NCBI GenBank assembly: GCA_964016885.1
Contig: OZ024747.1
Span: forward strand, 79,980,001-80,044,000
Source: Eledone cirrhosa
Lineage: Eukaryota
Length of the DNA stretch: 64,000 nt
Reading direction: 5' to 3'
Position numbers and translations under genes: made by a program. Positions 1 through 12,564 of the stretch are shown here, piece by piece; position 1 is the stretch's first letter; every line of letters starts with the position of its first letter. The notes beneath the pieces are model-generated. The model was not told the DNA's origin, searched no databases, and saw only the letters and a program-made list of their open reading frames with translations.

Positions 1-2
1 TG

Positions 3-458
3 GGAAATAGACGGAACCGCGACAGAAATTGCAACTGCCGCGACAGAGGACGCTGCCCCCTTAGAGGATACTGCTTGACTGATAGGGTTATATATAGATG
101 CACTATTACTAGCCACAATAGCGTTAAACATTATATAGGGGCCACCTCCGGCCCGTTCAAAATTAGGTTTCGAACACATCTCCACTCTTTCACAAATAGA
201 AAACTAAGGCACTCCACTTCGCTCGCGGACTACATCACATCACTAAAGGACTTAAACATCAGCTTCTCCACGCACTGGGAGATTGTCGGCAGGGCTGCAC
301 CGTACAACTTCAAGAGGAAATGCGATCTTTGCCTCATGGAGCTCTACCACATCATAACTGCACCGCACGATCTCATCAACAGCAGAGCTGAAACAGCGAT
401 AAGTTGTACACATCGCTTAAAAATATCCTTCTTCAGATGGGTTAAGGATGAAGAGTGA
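3..458 (+). CDS. GIY-YIG endonuclease of a Penelope-like element (5'-partial; open from window start)
   Basis: The frame is open upstream of the 75..458 ORF: CNCRDRGRCPLRGYC (CxCx5Cx5C), VIY...YIG-x-T...FKIR, C-terminal CDLC and NSRAE...CTH. This Cys pattern resembles Hydra-clade PLEs (inference). Confidence 0.85.
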   Translation, partial: GNRRNRDRNCNCRDRGRCPLRGYCLTDRVIYRCTITSHNSVKHYIGATSGPFKIRFRTHLHSFTNRKLRHSTSLADYITSLKDLNISFSTHWEIVGRAAPYNFKRKCDLCLMELYHIITAPHDLINSRAETAISCTHRLKISFFRWVKDEE

Positions 459-755
459 AATAGTACACTGGATCTCCCTGCAACAAGTCTTAACACCCCG
501 GCGGGCAGGAGCTGCAAAATAACACCCAGAAAACAATCCTTGCATACCAGACCCAGCCTCAGACAAACGGATGCGGCAAAAAAAAAAAAAAAAAAAAAAA
601 ATTTGTCCGGGAAAGACTGCCCTAACACCGGCCAGAGTTACCTCCCTTGACCTGCTGCAAAATCAAAACAAGATATTTTTGCGAGCAATGAACCTTGATG
701 TGGATTTAACCCCCAAAACTCTTTCCGAGCAATATAAAGAACACTTGTGATTATT

Positions 756-800
756 TATGCCCTTGAGAAGCCCAACTGGGCGAAACGTACGTAGGTGATA
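756..800 (+). ncRNA. Minimal type-I hammerhead ribozyme, U3-A8 core variant
   Basis: TTGAGAA - GCCC aact GGGC - GAAA C gtac GTA - ggtgata; stem I imperfect (tatgccc/ggtgata). Confidence 0.7.
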
Positions 801-1012
801 TTTTAAATAAACATGTTTTAACGGTCTATTCTCCGATTTTTTTTACTTTCCCACGTGCTTACGCTCTGCTAACTCTCTAGCCCACTAAATATTAACACTT
901 CGAATATTTAATACTGCCGGCACTAGTATCGAGCACCTTTGGCATACGCTAATTGGCAAATAACTATATGTATCACCTATCCCCCCTTTTTTTCTCTTTC
1001 TCGATACGTAAA

Positions 1013-1099
<87 letters not shown>

Positions 1100-1877
1100 C
1101 ACACATATGTAGACATAAAAATGTACATACTCACATATTACACACGCACATGCATAACCACACATACACACACACATATATATATACAACGTTTTCTCTG
1201 TTTAGCGTTATTCAAATTAGATTACAGCAACAACAAACAAACAAAAAAAAGAAGAAAAAAAAAAGAATAAGAAAAAGACAAAGAAATCACACCAGATTGA
1301 ATTTCGCTGTGACGATCGTGTCTAACAACAACGACAACAGCACAAATACCTACAACACAGCCACGTCTTTAGCTTCTCTTAGTGTTTCTATTTAAATAAA
1401 AATCTAATTCACAACTATATTATAAAAGCCCAATAGAATTCTATTGGCTATAAGAAGTAGTTAAAAAAAATAACATTAGAATAAAATGCTGTCATAGACA
1501 AACAGCTTTACATGATAAACAACATCGACAAGAAGCATTTTGTATTGCCTTAGGGTTGCAGACGTTCCAGTCGTGACAATCGCGTCTTATTTACATGTGT
1601 AGTATTAAGGAATATGATATCCGAAGCGTCTATTATTTTTTACAAAACGGTATGGTGTCATTTGAGCTTTGTCTACTCTCTTTATCAGCTTCAACTGCTG
1701 CTACCTTGAGGCCCACTGGTTGGTTACAGGTGTGGCTGGCTACATTAGTTCATCCTTGAATGGTATGGTTTGGTAATCAGAGGTCGTGTATAGGGGTTCG
1801 GTTTACGTTTGCTTGGATTCGTGGCTGGCGTTGATTTAATTGGATATACTTACGTTAATGATAATTGTCAGTCTTAG

Positions 1878-1913
<36 letters not shown>

Positions 1914-1959
1914 CGACACATACACACACACTCACACACACATATACACGTACACATAG

Positions 1960-1995
<36 letters not shown>

Positions 1996-2201
1996 AAACA
2001 CACATACACACAGACACACACATACACACAGACAATGCAAACACACGCATGCACACACACACCCACACACACATACATACGCACACACACACACACACAC
2101 TCACAACCTTAGGGTTGCAGACGTTCCAGTCGTGACAATCGCGTCTTGAACCGTTAAGGTATCTGTTCTTGGTTATGTCAACATTTATAAAACAAACTTT
2201 G

Positions 2202-2262
2202 TATTTTATCTGATGAGTGCGAACCAAAGTTTTGGTACCCTTGAAATATATATAATAGAATA
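2202..2262 (+). ncRNA. Hammerhead motif in a PLE pseudo-LTR remnant (stem II degenerate)
   Basis: tattttat CTGATGA ...accaa agtt ttggt... GAAA tatata TA atagaata; 8-bp stem I. Confidence 0.5.
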
Positions 2263-2975
2263 AATATGGTTCTATAAATATAGTTTCTATTTATTTAATA
2301 TCATTGAATATTATACTCCAGAAAACTTGTCGAGTGCTCTGAATCAGTTATAAACATTTATATTTGTTGAATTATCAACAAATTGAATATCCTTTTGCTT
2401 ACACATATTTATATATATAAACGGAAAAAATGAAACGAAATTTCATTTCTCACACTTAGTACGGGTGTTACTTAAATATAAGTATGTATCCGTACATGCA
2501 TATATGTATACAGACGTACAGTAGTATGTATATATATATACATACATGCACACATATATATATGTACGTATGGATTCACCGAACATTTATTATAATGCTC
2601 GGTGTGTTTGTAAACAAACATCCCGTATTAAGCCGTAGTGTCTAGCAACCATCGTTGCTCATTTGTTCAACACTGACAAAGGAACGCTCTACTAGTTTCA
2701 AGCTTATTAGCTATCGTCAGCAACGTATACCTTCCTGCCAGATGGTTGAACGTCTGAAAGTATATACTTTCCTTATGCATATTAACGGCTGAGCAGCCTA
2801 ATTTGCATATCGAGTGAGTTAATCGGCCGTGGTACCGAAAACGATAAACGGAAAAAATGAAACGAAATTTCAGTTCTCACTCTTAATACGGCTGTTACTT
2901 AAATATAAGTAAATATATATACTACCTTGATTACATCTTAACCATTTAACATCTCAGGGTATGTCATGTATCATG

Positions 2976-3030
2976 ATATTTTTTCTGATGAGGACGTACT
3001 GTTGTACATCCAAAATATGTATAATAAAAT
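2976..3030 (+). ncRNA. Decayed hammerhead motif (G12>A)
   Basis: CTGATGA ggacgtac tgtt gtacatcc AAAA tatgta TA ataaaat. Confidence 0.4.
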
Positions 3031-3168
3031 GTAATTGATCAAAAGAACATCTATTTTATTAATATTTATATTTTAATATTAATAACTCCGGAAAATTATT
3101 TTTCGTAGAGCGCTTCCAATCTACTGTAAAACTCATTCTTTGACATAATCATGAATATCGTTTAACAC

Positions 3169-3234
<66 letters not shown>

Positions 3235-3630
3235 GATATACAATGCATGGATTTCTCAACAGGAATATATATATATGTACTTGGTAATTTCATTTCCCTG
3301 AGCTCCTTTGGCGAAATCCATGCTGTACACCATATCAGCTTATTGGTTACCTTCTAGTTAGCTATAAGTAAAATACCTGTCTAAACCAGCTGGTTCCTGA
3401 TAAAAAAAACAACGTAAAATTGAAGAAAAAGGTAAGTAAATGATTGGAATAGATCCGCGAGATTTATCCCTGACCGAATCTTATTATACGAGGTGCAATC
3501 CAATATCCTGTCTTGTAATATACATTACTTGTACATTGCTGGAATAAACAGTCATTAAATGGTTCGCCATATTAGCTGAAACGTGGCGAAATAGAAATAT
3601 TCTTCCACCCACAAACACTGATACTTATGC

Positions 3631-3716
3631 ATGTGTCTATGTATGTATGTATGTATGTATGTATGTATGTATGTATGTATGTATGTATGTATGTTCTTCT
3701 GGTTTTATAATTTCAC

Positions 3717-3749
<33 letters not shown>

Positions 3750-3826
3750 TGTATGTATGTATGTATGTATGTATGTATGTATGTACGTATGTATGTATGT
3801 ATGTTCTTCTGGTTTTATAATTTCAC

Positions 3827-3859
<33 letters not shown>

Positions 3860-3934
3860 TGTATGTATGTATGTATGTATGTATGTATGTATGTATGTAC
3901 GTATGTATGTATGTTCTTCTGGTTTTATAATTTC

Positions 3935-3969
<35 letters not shown>

Positions 3970-4080
3970 TGTATGTATGTATGTATGTATGTATGTATGT
4001 ACGTATGTATGTATGTATGTATGTATGTATGTATGTATGTATGTATGTATGTATGTATGTACGTACGTATGTATGTATGT
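3631..4080 (-). repeat. (TATG)n array interrupted three times by the ~28-bp 3' terminus of an R4-like LINE
   Basis: GTTCTTCTGGTTTTATAATTTCA at ~3693, ~3803 and ~3913 matches the LINE 3' end at ~21652. Confidence 0.75.
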
Positions 4081-4636
4081 CTCATGGTCGGGTCGATGGC
4101 GACTAAACTGGCAACCCCACCAAGGTTTCTTGGTGAGGAGGGTGACTTTGGACATCCTGCAGGACTAAAAACAAAACCTGTCAAAGGGCAAGGGAGCTCT
4201 TAAGAGTCAATAGCCATCCAAAATCACCGGGAGAGATGACCCCTTAGCCTTTGTCAAGGCAGAATTCTAGGAGAAGGAAAACTCTGATATAACACCTGCA
4301 ATCCTGATGGTATCCAATGATGTTGACCTGTTCTTCTTTTTGGTAAATATCATCTTGGTTAAGAGAGTGGGACTGGCTTTGTGCAGTGCCTTTGCTCACT
4401 ATAAAAGCTTCACAGCACAGGCATTGCTTTATATCTGGAGATCTCTCTGCACTTGTCATCACATGGTACCATGGGCCCTGCACTATGTGTCAATAATGGT
4501 CACAAGTGTAGTCTTTGTGCCAGAGTTTTCAAGTCGCTGGCTGGACTAAAGTCACATTCGTTCAGCGCATCGGTAGGGGTTCTCCTACATGGATATAAAG
4601 TAGTGGCCGTACTCGAAAACGAGTTGGCAGCCACCA
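4079..4636 (+). mobile_element. Non-autonomous RTE-like element (5' segment + C2H2 remnant + 3' end), (ATGT)n tail
   Basis: Near-identical copies at 19903-20511, 43527-43922 and 23787-23940; encodes the remnant CSLCARVFKSLAGLKSH; ends GGCAGCCACC(ATGT)n. Confidence 0.65.
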
Positions 4637-4729
4637 TGTATGTATGTATGTATGTATGTATGTATGTATGTATGTATGTATGTATGTACGTATGTATGCA
4701 TGTATGTTCTTCTGGTTTTATAATTTCAC

Positions 4730-4762
<33 letters not shown>

Positions 4763-4957
4763 TGTATGTATGTATGTATGTATGTATGTGTGTATGTATG
4801 TGTGCGCGTGTGTGTGTATGTGTGTATGTATGTATGTGTGTATGTATGTATGTATGCGTGTGTATGTGTACATATGTATTTATGTATATATGTATATATG
4901 TATGTGTGTGTGTATATAAACATATATACATACATGCAGATATATATATATATATAT

Positions 4958-5056
<99 letters not shown>

Positions 5057-5198
5057 TGCTTTGGGAGGGTCATGTTGCCAATAAGAAACACACGCACCAG
5101 TTGATTTCACTTCAATTTAATATAAATTAAATTTATAAATTTAGGAATTATAAATTTCCGGTTGGTTGGTTCCACAACCAGACGATTGTTCATATATT

Positions 5199-5241
5199 GT
5201 CAACGTTCTTTCGTCACACATTCTGTGACCTCTTCAGTGAC
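5199..5241 (-). ncRNA. Minimal hammerhead with extra nucleotide; U16.1 mutated
   Basis: rc: gtca CTGAAGA G gtcaca gaatg tgtgac GAAA gaacgt tgac. Confidence 0.5.
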
Positions 5242-5394
5242 TGGGGATTCTTTTCTTTGTTTTTGTGCCTCTCCTTTGTTCTGTCCTACGCTATATTGTG
5301 TTTGTGTTGTGTGCTTAGTTTGCACATGTGTTAAATTCGGGTGTCTGTGTGTGTTTATATTTGTTTATTTATTTGTTTATTTACAATTCCTTCG

Positions 5395-5473
<79 letters not shown>

Positions 5474-5620
5474 TATACTTTGGGAGGGTCATGTTGTCAA
5501 TAAGAAACACGCGCACCAGTTGCTTTCACTTCAATTTATTATAATAAATTTATAAATTTAGGAATTTATAAATTTCCGGTTGGTTGGTTGGTTCCATAAT
5601 CAGATGGTTGTTTATATATT

Positions 5621-5663
5621 GTCAAAGTTCTTTCGTCACACATTCTGTGACCTCTTCAGTGAC
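5621..5663 (-). ncRNA. Minimal hammerhead with an extra nucleotide after A9
   Basis: rc: gtca CTGAAGA G gtcaca gaatg tgtgac GAAA g aa cTT tgac. Confidence 0.65.
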
Positions 5664-6217
5664 TGGGGATTCTTTTCTTTGTTTTTTGTGCCTCTCCTTT
5701 GTTCTGTCCTACGCCATTTTGTTTCTGTGTGTGTGTTGTGTGCTCAGTCTGTGCATGTGCCACATCCGGGTGTCTGTGTGTGTTTATATTCGTTTATTTA
5801 TTTGTTTATTTACATGTTACTGGTTGGTTGTTTGTTCTATGTGTGTGTGTGTTTTCATTTTGTCCTTAATTTTAAGTTGTGATGTTGCTATTCCATTCAT
5901 GTTTTCTATTTAATTTTGGTTGGAGTTCATTTATGTTTATTACCTCTGTGATTTGTCTAAACATTGCGTCTTTTATTTAAATTTAATTTATAATAAATTG
6001 AAGTGAAAGCAACTGGTGCGTGTGTTTCTTATTGGCAACATGACCCTCCCAAAGCATAACAATATCGGTTTCAACACACGTTTTCAGATAAAGAATCTTG
6101 CTAAACAAATTCAGAAACGAAATATATATATTTATGTATATATATATATATGCTATAATATATATATAGTATATACTAATATATATATATATATATAGTA
6201 TGTATGCATATATAGTA

Positions 6218-6301
<84 letters not shown>

Positions 6302-6306
<5 letters not shown>

Positions 6307-6544
6307 CAAAGGAATTGTAGTAAGGAACCAGATGGACCATAACGCACCAGAGTACTCAATACTTAGGGTAGTAGAGTGGGAAATAGGAAACAGTATGACC
6401 CCGACGGCAGAGCTCAAGCCGTTTCGACGGCTATTTCTGGACTAGTCCAGAAATAGCCGTCGATATATATATATATACTTTTTCCTATATATATACACAT
6501 ACATCCTATATATACAATATTTAGTGTATATATTTACAATATTT

Positions 6545-6622
<78 letters not shown>

Positions 6623-6892
6623 GGAACCAGTAAGACCCCGACAGCTGAGCTCAAGCCGTTTCGACGGCTAATTCTGGACTAAATGAAAATTTATCCTGGT
6701 ATTTAAATAGCCGATCTTCTCAAGGGGTAATTCCATATATGGTCAAAGTGATTGTCAAAAATCAGTAGTAATTCTGTGGTTGCAAATTAGTAGGGGAGAT
6801 GGTGGTTCCTATTATCCACTCTACTACCTCAAGTATTGAGTACTTTGGTGCGTTATGGTCCACCTGGTTCCTTACCACATTTCCTTCGTTAT
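6302..6892. mobile_element. PLE pseudo-LTR family A inverted units in (TA)n/(CA)n
   Basis: Same family as 8810-9010 and 52708-54106; palindromic junction CTGGACTAGTCCAG at ~6442. Confidence 0.7.
6635..6728 (-). ncRNA. Type-I hammerhead ribozyme, U3-A8 variant, long stem II
   Basis: rc: acccc TTGAGAA gatcggcta...tagccgtc GAAA cggc ttgagctca gct GTC ggggt; all three stems pair. Confidence 0.75.
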
Positions 6893-7744
6893 ATATATAT
6901 ATATGTATATACACATATAACATAGACGCACTATAAACAATCCATTGCTACTCAGGAAAGAATAAGGTTTAAAAAAAAACATGTTCAACTAGTTTTTAAA
7001 TACGACATTAGAAATGTTTACTAGACAAATTAAAATGCTAAATATAATTTCTAAGTATACATTTCATTTCCAGATAAATGTTTTTTATGTGTAATTTTCA
7101 TTCCAAAATGTCTGCCTAGAAGGCAGTTTTCATTAACAACGAAAGTTTAAAAAGAAAAATAACATGTTAATGATGCTATATATAGTTTCATTCAGAGAAA
7201 GACATATCTGCTTATAGTTATTTAAAAAGTGACAAGAACGACTCTAATTAGAACAGATAAACGACATACTGTTACTTGAAACAGCGTAGGTTAATAAGTG
7301 AGAAAATCTAAAATTTGTATATTATAGACTTGAAGAAATTTATCTTTATACATGACCACTGATTACCAAACCATACGATTGCAAATGGCTGAATCTAGGG
7401 TAAAATAAATTGTATTAAACATACCATCTAATAACATCTGAGATTAGAAAAATCGCATAAAATACTTTAATGTATTTTTGCAATAGATTATTGTAAGTAT
7501 TGTTTAAAGGGAAGTCTACATTAATCAGACCTTAGAGGTGTAATTTCAATAACGAGACTAGCACAGAAACAGGGAAATAACTAACATGACGAAAATAGGT
7601 AAAAACAAAAACATGTGTGGTGCGCTCAAAATCAGTGCACAATATGTCTTTTAGTATTATATATTTTAACCGAAATGCCACTTGGTTCCCATGGGAAAAA
7701 CTTGGAGAAATCCAAACGAGCAAAGAATAGTGTACATTGTGTAT

Positions 7745-7925
7745 ATCTCGTTGGAGGTGTCTTGGGTAATTTTAATGATAGAGACCCAGTCCGATCATCT
7801 CATTTCTACAGCTGAGTAAACTGGAGCAACGTGAAATAAAGTGTCTTGCTCACCCGGTCTGAGAATTGAACTCATAACCTTTCGATTGCAAGCCCAATGC
7901 TCTAACCACTAAGCTAAGTGCCTTC
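7745..7925 (-). mobile_element. tRNA-derived SINE (family 1)
   Basis: rc has GCTTAGTGGTTAGAGC (A-box-like), GAGTTCAATTC (B-box-like) and GAGCAAGACACTTTATTTCACGTTGCTCCAG; copies at 12565 and 51510. Confidence 0.7.
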
Positions 7926-8501
7926 ACATTGTGTATATATCAACTGGAATACTAATATGTTCAGCTATATAGGCCATTACGAATTAACAGTTCACAAAAA
8001 CTCCTGCTCCTGATTTAATCCCTTTAGGACTATTCAGTTATTGAGGTTTGAAAATCTTGGTCTTGTTAATATGGTGTTCGGGGGAAAATATTACAAGATG
8101 ATAAGTTAAAATGGGAGTGGAGTTGGGGAAATCTGCACTTGGAAGAGGAGGAATGCAACATAGGTCTCTAAGAACCATTATTCTAATCCTTTTATTATTT
8201 TTTTTACAGGTTTCTGCTAATTGCTGGTCGTTATTAAATACAGTCAATGCTGACATTTCTTATTTTTGTTCGAATAGCTGATTTCTTCGTAATAAATTAG
8301 ACAATTAAACTAATAATATCTGCCTCCAAATTTCATTTCATGAAACGTGGAGAAGATAGAGAAGTACATAATAATAATAATTATAATAATGAAATTATTG
8401 TGTACAGTGCTCAGGTGCACTACAACTCATGCATGGTGATACTTTAAGGATTATACTATCGGCGGCTATATATATATATGTAGGTGGATATCGGGAGGTG
8501 A

Positions 8502-8604
<103 letters not shown>

Positions 8605-8614
8605 ATATGACCTG

Positions 8615-8690
8615 TACTGGATTAGTACTGTTTCATTCTGTTGAAATCATCAAGATGATTTCCACTGAATGAAACAGTGTTAGTTCTGTA
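8615..8690. repeat. Imperfect palindrome of two decayed head-to-head hammerheads (family of 21204-21316)
   Basis: ctgtttcattc..gaaatcatc aa gatgatttc..gaatgaaacag. Confidence 0.5.
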
Positions 8691-8717
8691 GAAGTTATTT
8701 AGATTTGAAATAAATTA

Positions 8718-8809
<92 letters not shown>

Positions 8810-8814
<5 letters not shown>

Positions 8815-9010
8815 CGAAGGAGTTGTGGTAAGTAACCAGATGGACCATAACGCACCAGAGTACTCAATACTTAGGGTAGTAGAGTGGGTAATAGAAAAAA
8901 GTTTAACCCCGACGGCAGAGCTCAAGCCGTTTCGACGGCTATTTCTGGACAGTCCAGAAATAGCCATCGAAACGGCTTGAGCTCTGCCGTCGGGGTTAAA
9001 CTTTTTCCTA
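8810..9010. mobile_element. Family A pseudo-LTR fold-back unit in (TA)n
   Basis: ~60-bp arms around 8951; the left arm carries the tail and the right arm stops at TTCCTA. Confidence 0.7.
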
Positions 9011-9072
9011 TATATACATATATATATATATATTTATAATATATATATATATATCTATCTTCTCTCTCTCTC

Positions 9073-9154
<82 letters not shown>

Positions 9155-11593
9155 GATGTGGGTTCGACTCCCATGTACGTCAATACTCATCCTTTTCCAT
9201 TTCTCTGAGGGTTCTAAACCCCACTCTCAGGCTAAAAATTTATTTAGTCAAAAATACGGTGAAAGCTTATATTTCTAATTTTATATAAAAAAGTATATCT
9301 ATCTATCAATCTATCTCCGTCTCTATCACTCTCTCTCTCTCTCCAAACACACACACACACACATATATATATATAAACGTATATAAAATGAATATCATCC
9401 CGCCCAAAAAAGAATATATATATATATATATATATATATATGCTTAGGACATATTGCAATTTCCTTTGAACTATTAAAACTATTAAAAAATAATTTCAAT
9501 GAATATAAATCATGAATCATATGATATGAATACCAAAAATGTACGAAATTGTCTTCGAGATAAAAGATGGCTAATTTACAGAACTTAATGCCATCTAATA
9601 GGCAATTTTAGTTATGGACCACATTAACACATTTCCATATGCGTTATATCATCTCAAGCTGAATAAAAACATCAACTAAATTATGTGGTGAAACATATTT
9701 AACAATGGTTATATTATAGTCTTTTTTATATATTTCTAATATATCGTAATTCAACTTAGCGATTATATAATGTAAGCCATGAAAATGAAAAATAATGTGA
9801 GCATCCCACGTGCAGAAAATATCTGTAATAACAGTCGATGAATATAGAAAATAGTTGAGAAAATTACTTTTAGAGCCGATACAACATAGAGAGAGGTATT
9901 TACATTCATGTTTCCCGTTTTCTCTGAATGTAATCTAACAAATTTTCTCAATTATAATCTATAGTGGTTGACTGTTATTATAGTTATTTTCTGTGTTTGG
10001 GACACCCACAAGTTCGAAGTTCAAACACATCTTTTTCTTCGATAATTCAAAAAATTTGTTATATAAGATTTTTTCTCCTCTCTAATATAAACTTGTTTTT
10101 TATGGAGACATATTTTAATGTAGTCATATATAATTACATTTTAATACTGTGATACAGTTTTGCTTTTAGATTTTCAATTTAATATGTCATTTATTTTAAA
10201 ATTCCAAATGTAGTAGACTCTAAGATATTTAATACGGTGAACACTTGTTTAAACCGAACCACGTTAAACTGGATATTGGACAAACAGGATGAAATCTGAG
10301 TTAAGAGTGACCGTCAGTGTTGGTTTCCACCACCGCCATCTTGTATCAGAGATGCAGAGCGTATATTTTATATGTGCTAGATGAGCTCTGCACAACCACC
10401 AAAGATGGTAAACTCATCATATTTAGCTCATTTAATAATATAATTATGGATCGTAAAGAAAAACTAATTTTACATTCACAAACAAGCATATACACATAAG
10501 GCACCCATACATACTACACACTAACATGTGACATGCACAAGCTTTTAAAAGTATTCAGAGAAACTCCTATACCCTGCGCTAATCCAAGTCGTTAGAAACA
10601 GTCTAAGAGCATTCAATGGTCATCAATAAGTCAACTTAGTAAACTGATAAGTTTTGATCATATTAGATTTTCTCCGCGGTTTTCAAAGGTCTTGTAATTG
10701 GAAAATGGTAAGTTGAAAGAAATGTCAGAATATGTCTCAAAAGACTTGGATAAACTAAAACTATAGGCATTCATTGCTTTATTTACTTCTCATTATCTGG
10801 ACACCTCTAAAGGGAGTCCCAATCTTGAAATTGTCAAGTTAGTCTCAGTTGATTGAAGTCTTTCTCCATCCGCCACATTGAGTCTGTGATTTAGAAAGTC
10901 GTGTCAATGAATTTGGAACCTGATTCAATGTAAATAAGAGTATAGATTAAACTTTTGCCATAAAACATGTAATAACCTTGATATTTCGGCCGAAAATAGA
11001 CCTTGTCATGGATGTAGAATAAGAAGAGAGCAGTGTTAACCCACCAGAAGTCCATGCCACCAAAATATTAAATAGTTATTAAATGTTTTATGGCAAGAAT
11101 TCAATCGTTATAATTTAGATTTATCTTTCTGAATAGGCTTTCTAAATCAGAGATTTCTTGTTTTCTTTTTTGTATTCGGCATTCCTTCAAGCAAACTAAA
11201 ATATATTCATATAAATATAAGCAGTAATAATAATGCGCAAATCCTAGCGCATGAGCACAGATTTGTATATTTATGTACTTATTTTTTTATCGATTTTGGT
11301 GAGAGAAAAAGTAAAATCAACCATGCTTGATTTGAGCTCAGAAAATCTAGTTACTGGACAAGATAGAGTAATGCAACTAATCTGGATCTCTGCAACGCTA
11401 ATCACATCACCGTTCTCTGCTCTTCTCAGTAATATATAGGCAAATAAATATATCTAAACCTATCAGGAAATAGGATAACAATATCCTCGAGAAATTTTAG
11501 TAAATATCCTAATGTCACAAAATATGATTTACTGGACAGAAAACTTGAAGGAAAGAGCATCATAAATAACGGAGCAGAGTCGAATTAATAACG

Positions 11594-11645
<52 letters not shown>

Positions 11646-11663
11646 ATATATATATATGTTTAT

Positions 11664-11722
<59 letters not shown>

Positions 11723-11791
11723 CATACATATACATATACATATAAAAATCTATACATACATACATAAAACTAAATACACACACACACACAG

Positions 11792-11843
<52 letters not shown>

Positions 11844-11891
11844 ATGCCGAAATGCATATATGCATATATACATATATATATACGCACACGC

Positions 11892-11988
<97 letters not shown>

Positions 11989-12012
11989 ATTACATATATT
12001 TATATATTTATG

Positions 12013-12126
<114 letters not shown>

Positions 12127-12564
12127 TGTGTATCATATATATATATGAATATGTATCATATATAAATAAAATGCTATTTATTCATAAATCACATTACACG
12201 ACTGTGAAAATTGTCAAGATCTCTTTGCGTAAAGAGTGGTATACTTTGCAAAGGTTGTTGAAGGTTGTCACTTTTCGTCTTTGTGAGAAAAGAACTAACT
12301 TTTAAGGAGTGTAAAAATGAAGTAATGTGATGTTTTACGTAGTTCTAACTTTGGTATGTTGACGCAGTTGGCAAGAGTTTTAACTAAATTCCATTCTAGA
12401 AGGAAATATTTCATCTATAACATAAGGCAATATTGTATTCCTAAGTTTCACAATCAATTTTCAAAAGCAAAATTTGATTTTCACTGAAGCACAGTACCAT
12501 AACTTAGTTTGTGTGTGGGACAGCTCACACCTATGCAGGTTTAGCTGGCCTCCTCCGAGGTATT

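Larger units (their letters stand above)
1..1015 (+). mobile_element. Penelope-like element 3' end (GIY-YIG, 3' UTR/pseudo-LTR), ending at (TA)n
   Basis: GIY-YIG ORF end, then a hammerhead motif at 756-800 and a (TA)n array from ~1016. Confidence 0.85.
5052..6122. mobile_element. PLE pseudo-LTR fragments: two minus-strand copies plus an inverted tailed arm, in (TA)n
   Basis: 5052-5395 repeats at ~5473-5810; 5975-6060 is the reverse complement of 5052-5135 and continues into a tail before (TA)n. Confidence 0.65.

Noticed and set aside
9155-9245. GGTTCGACTCCC tRNA B-box-like motif
   Set aside because: No cloverleaf or A box; at most a SINE remnant
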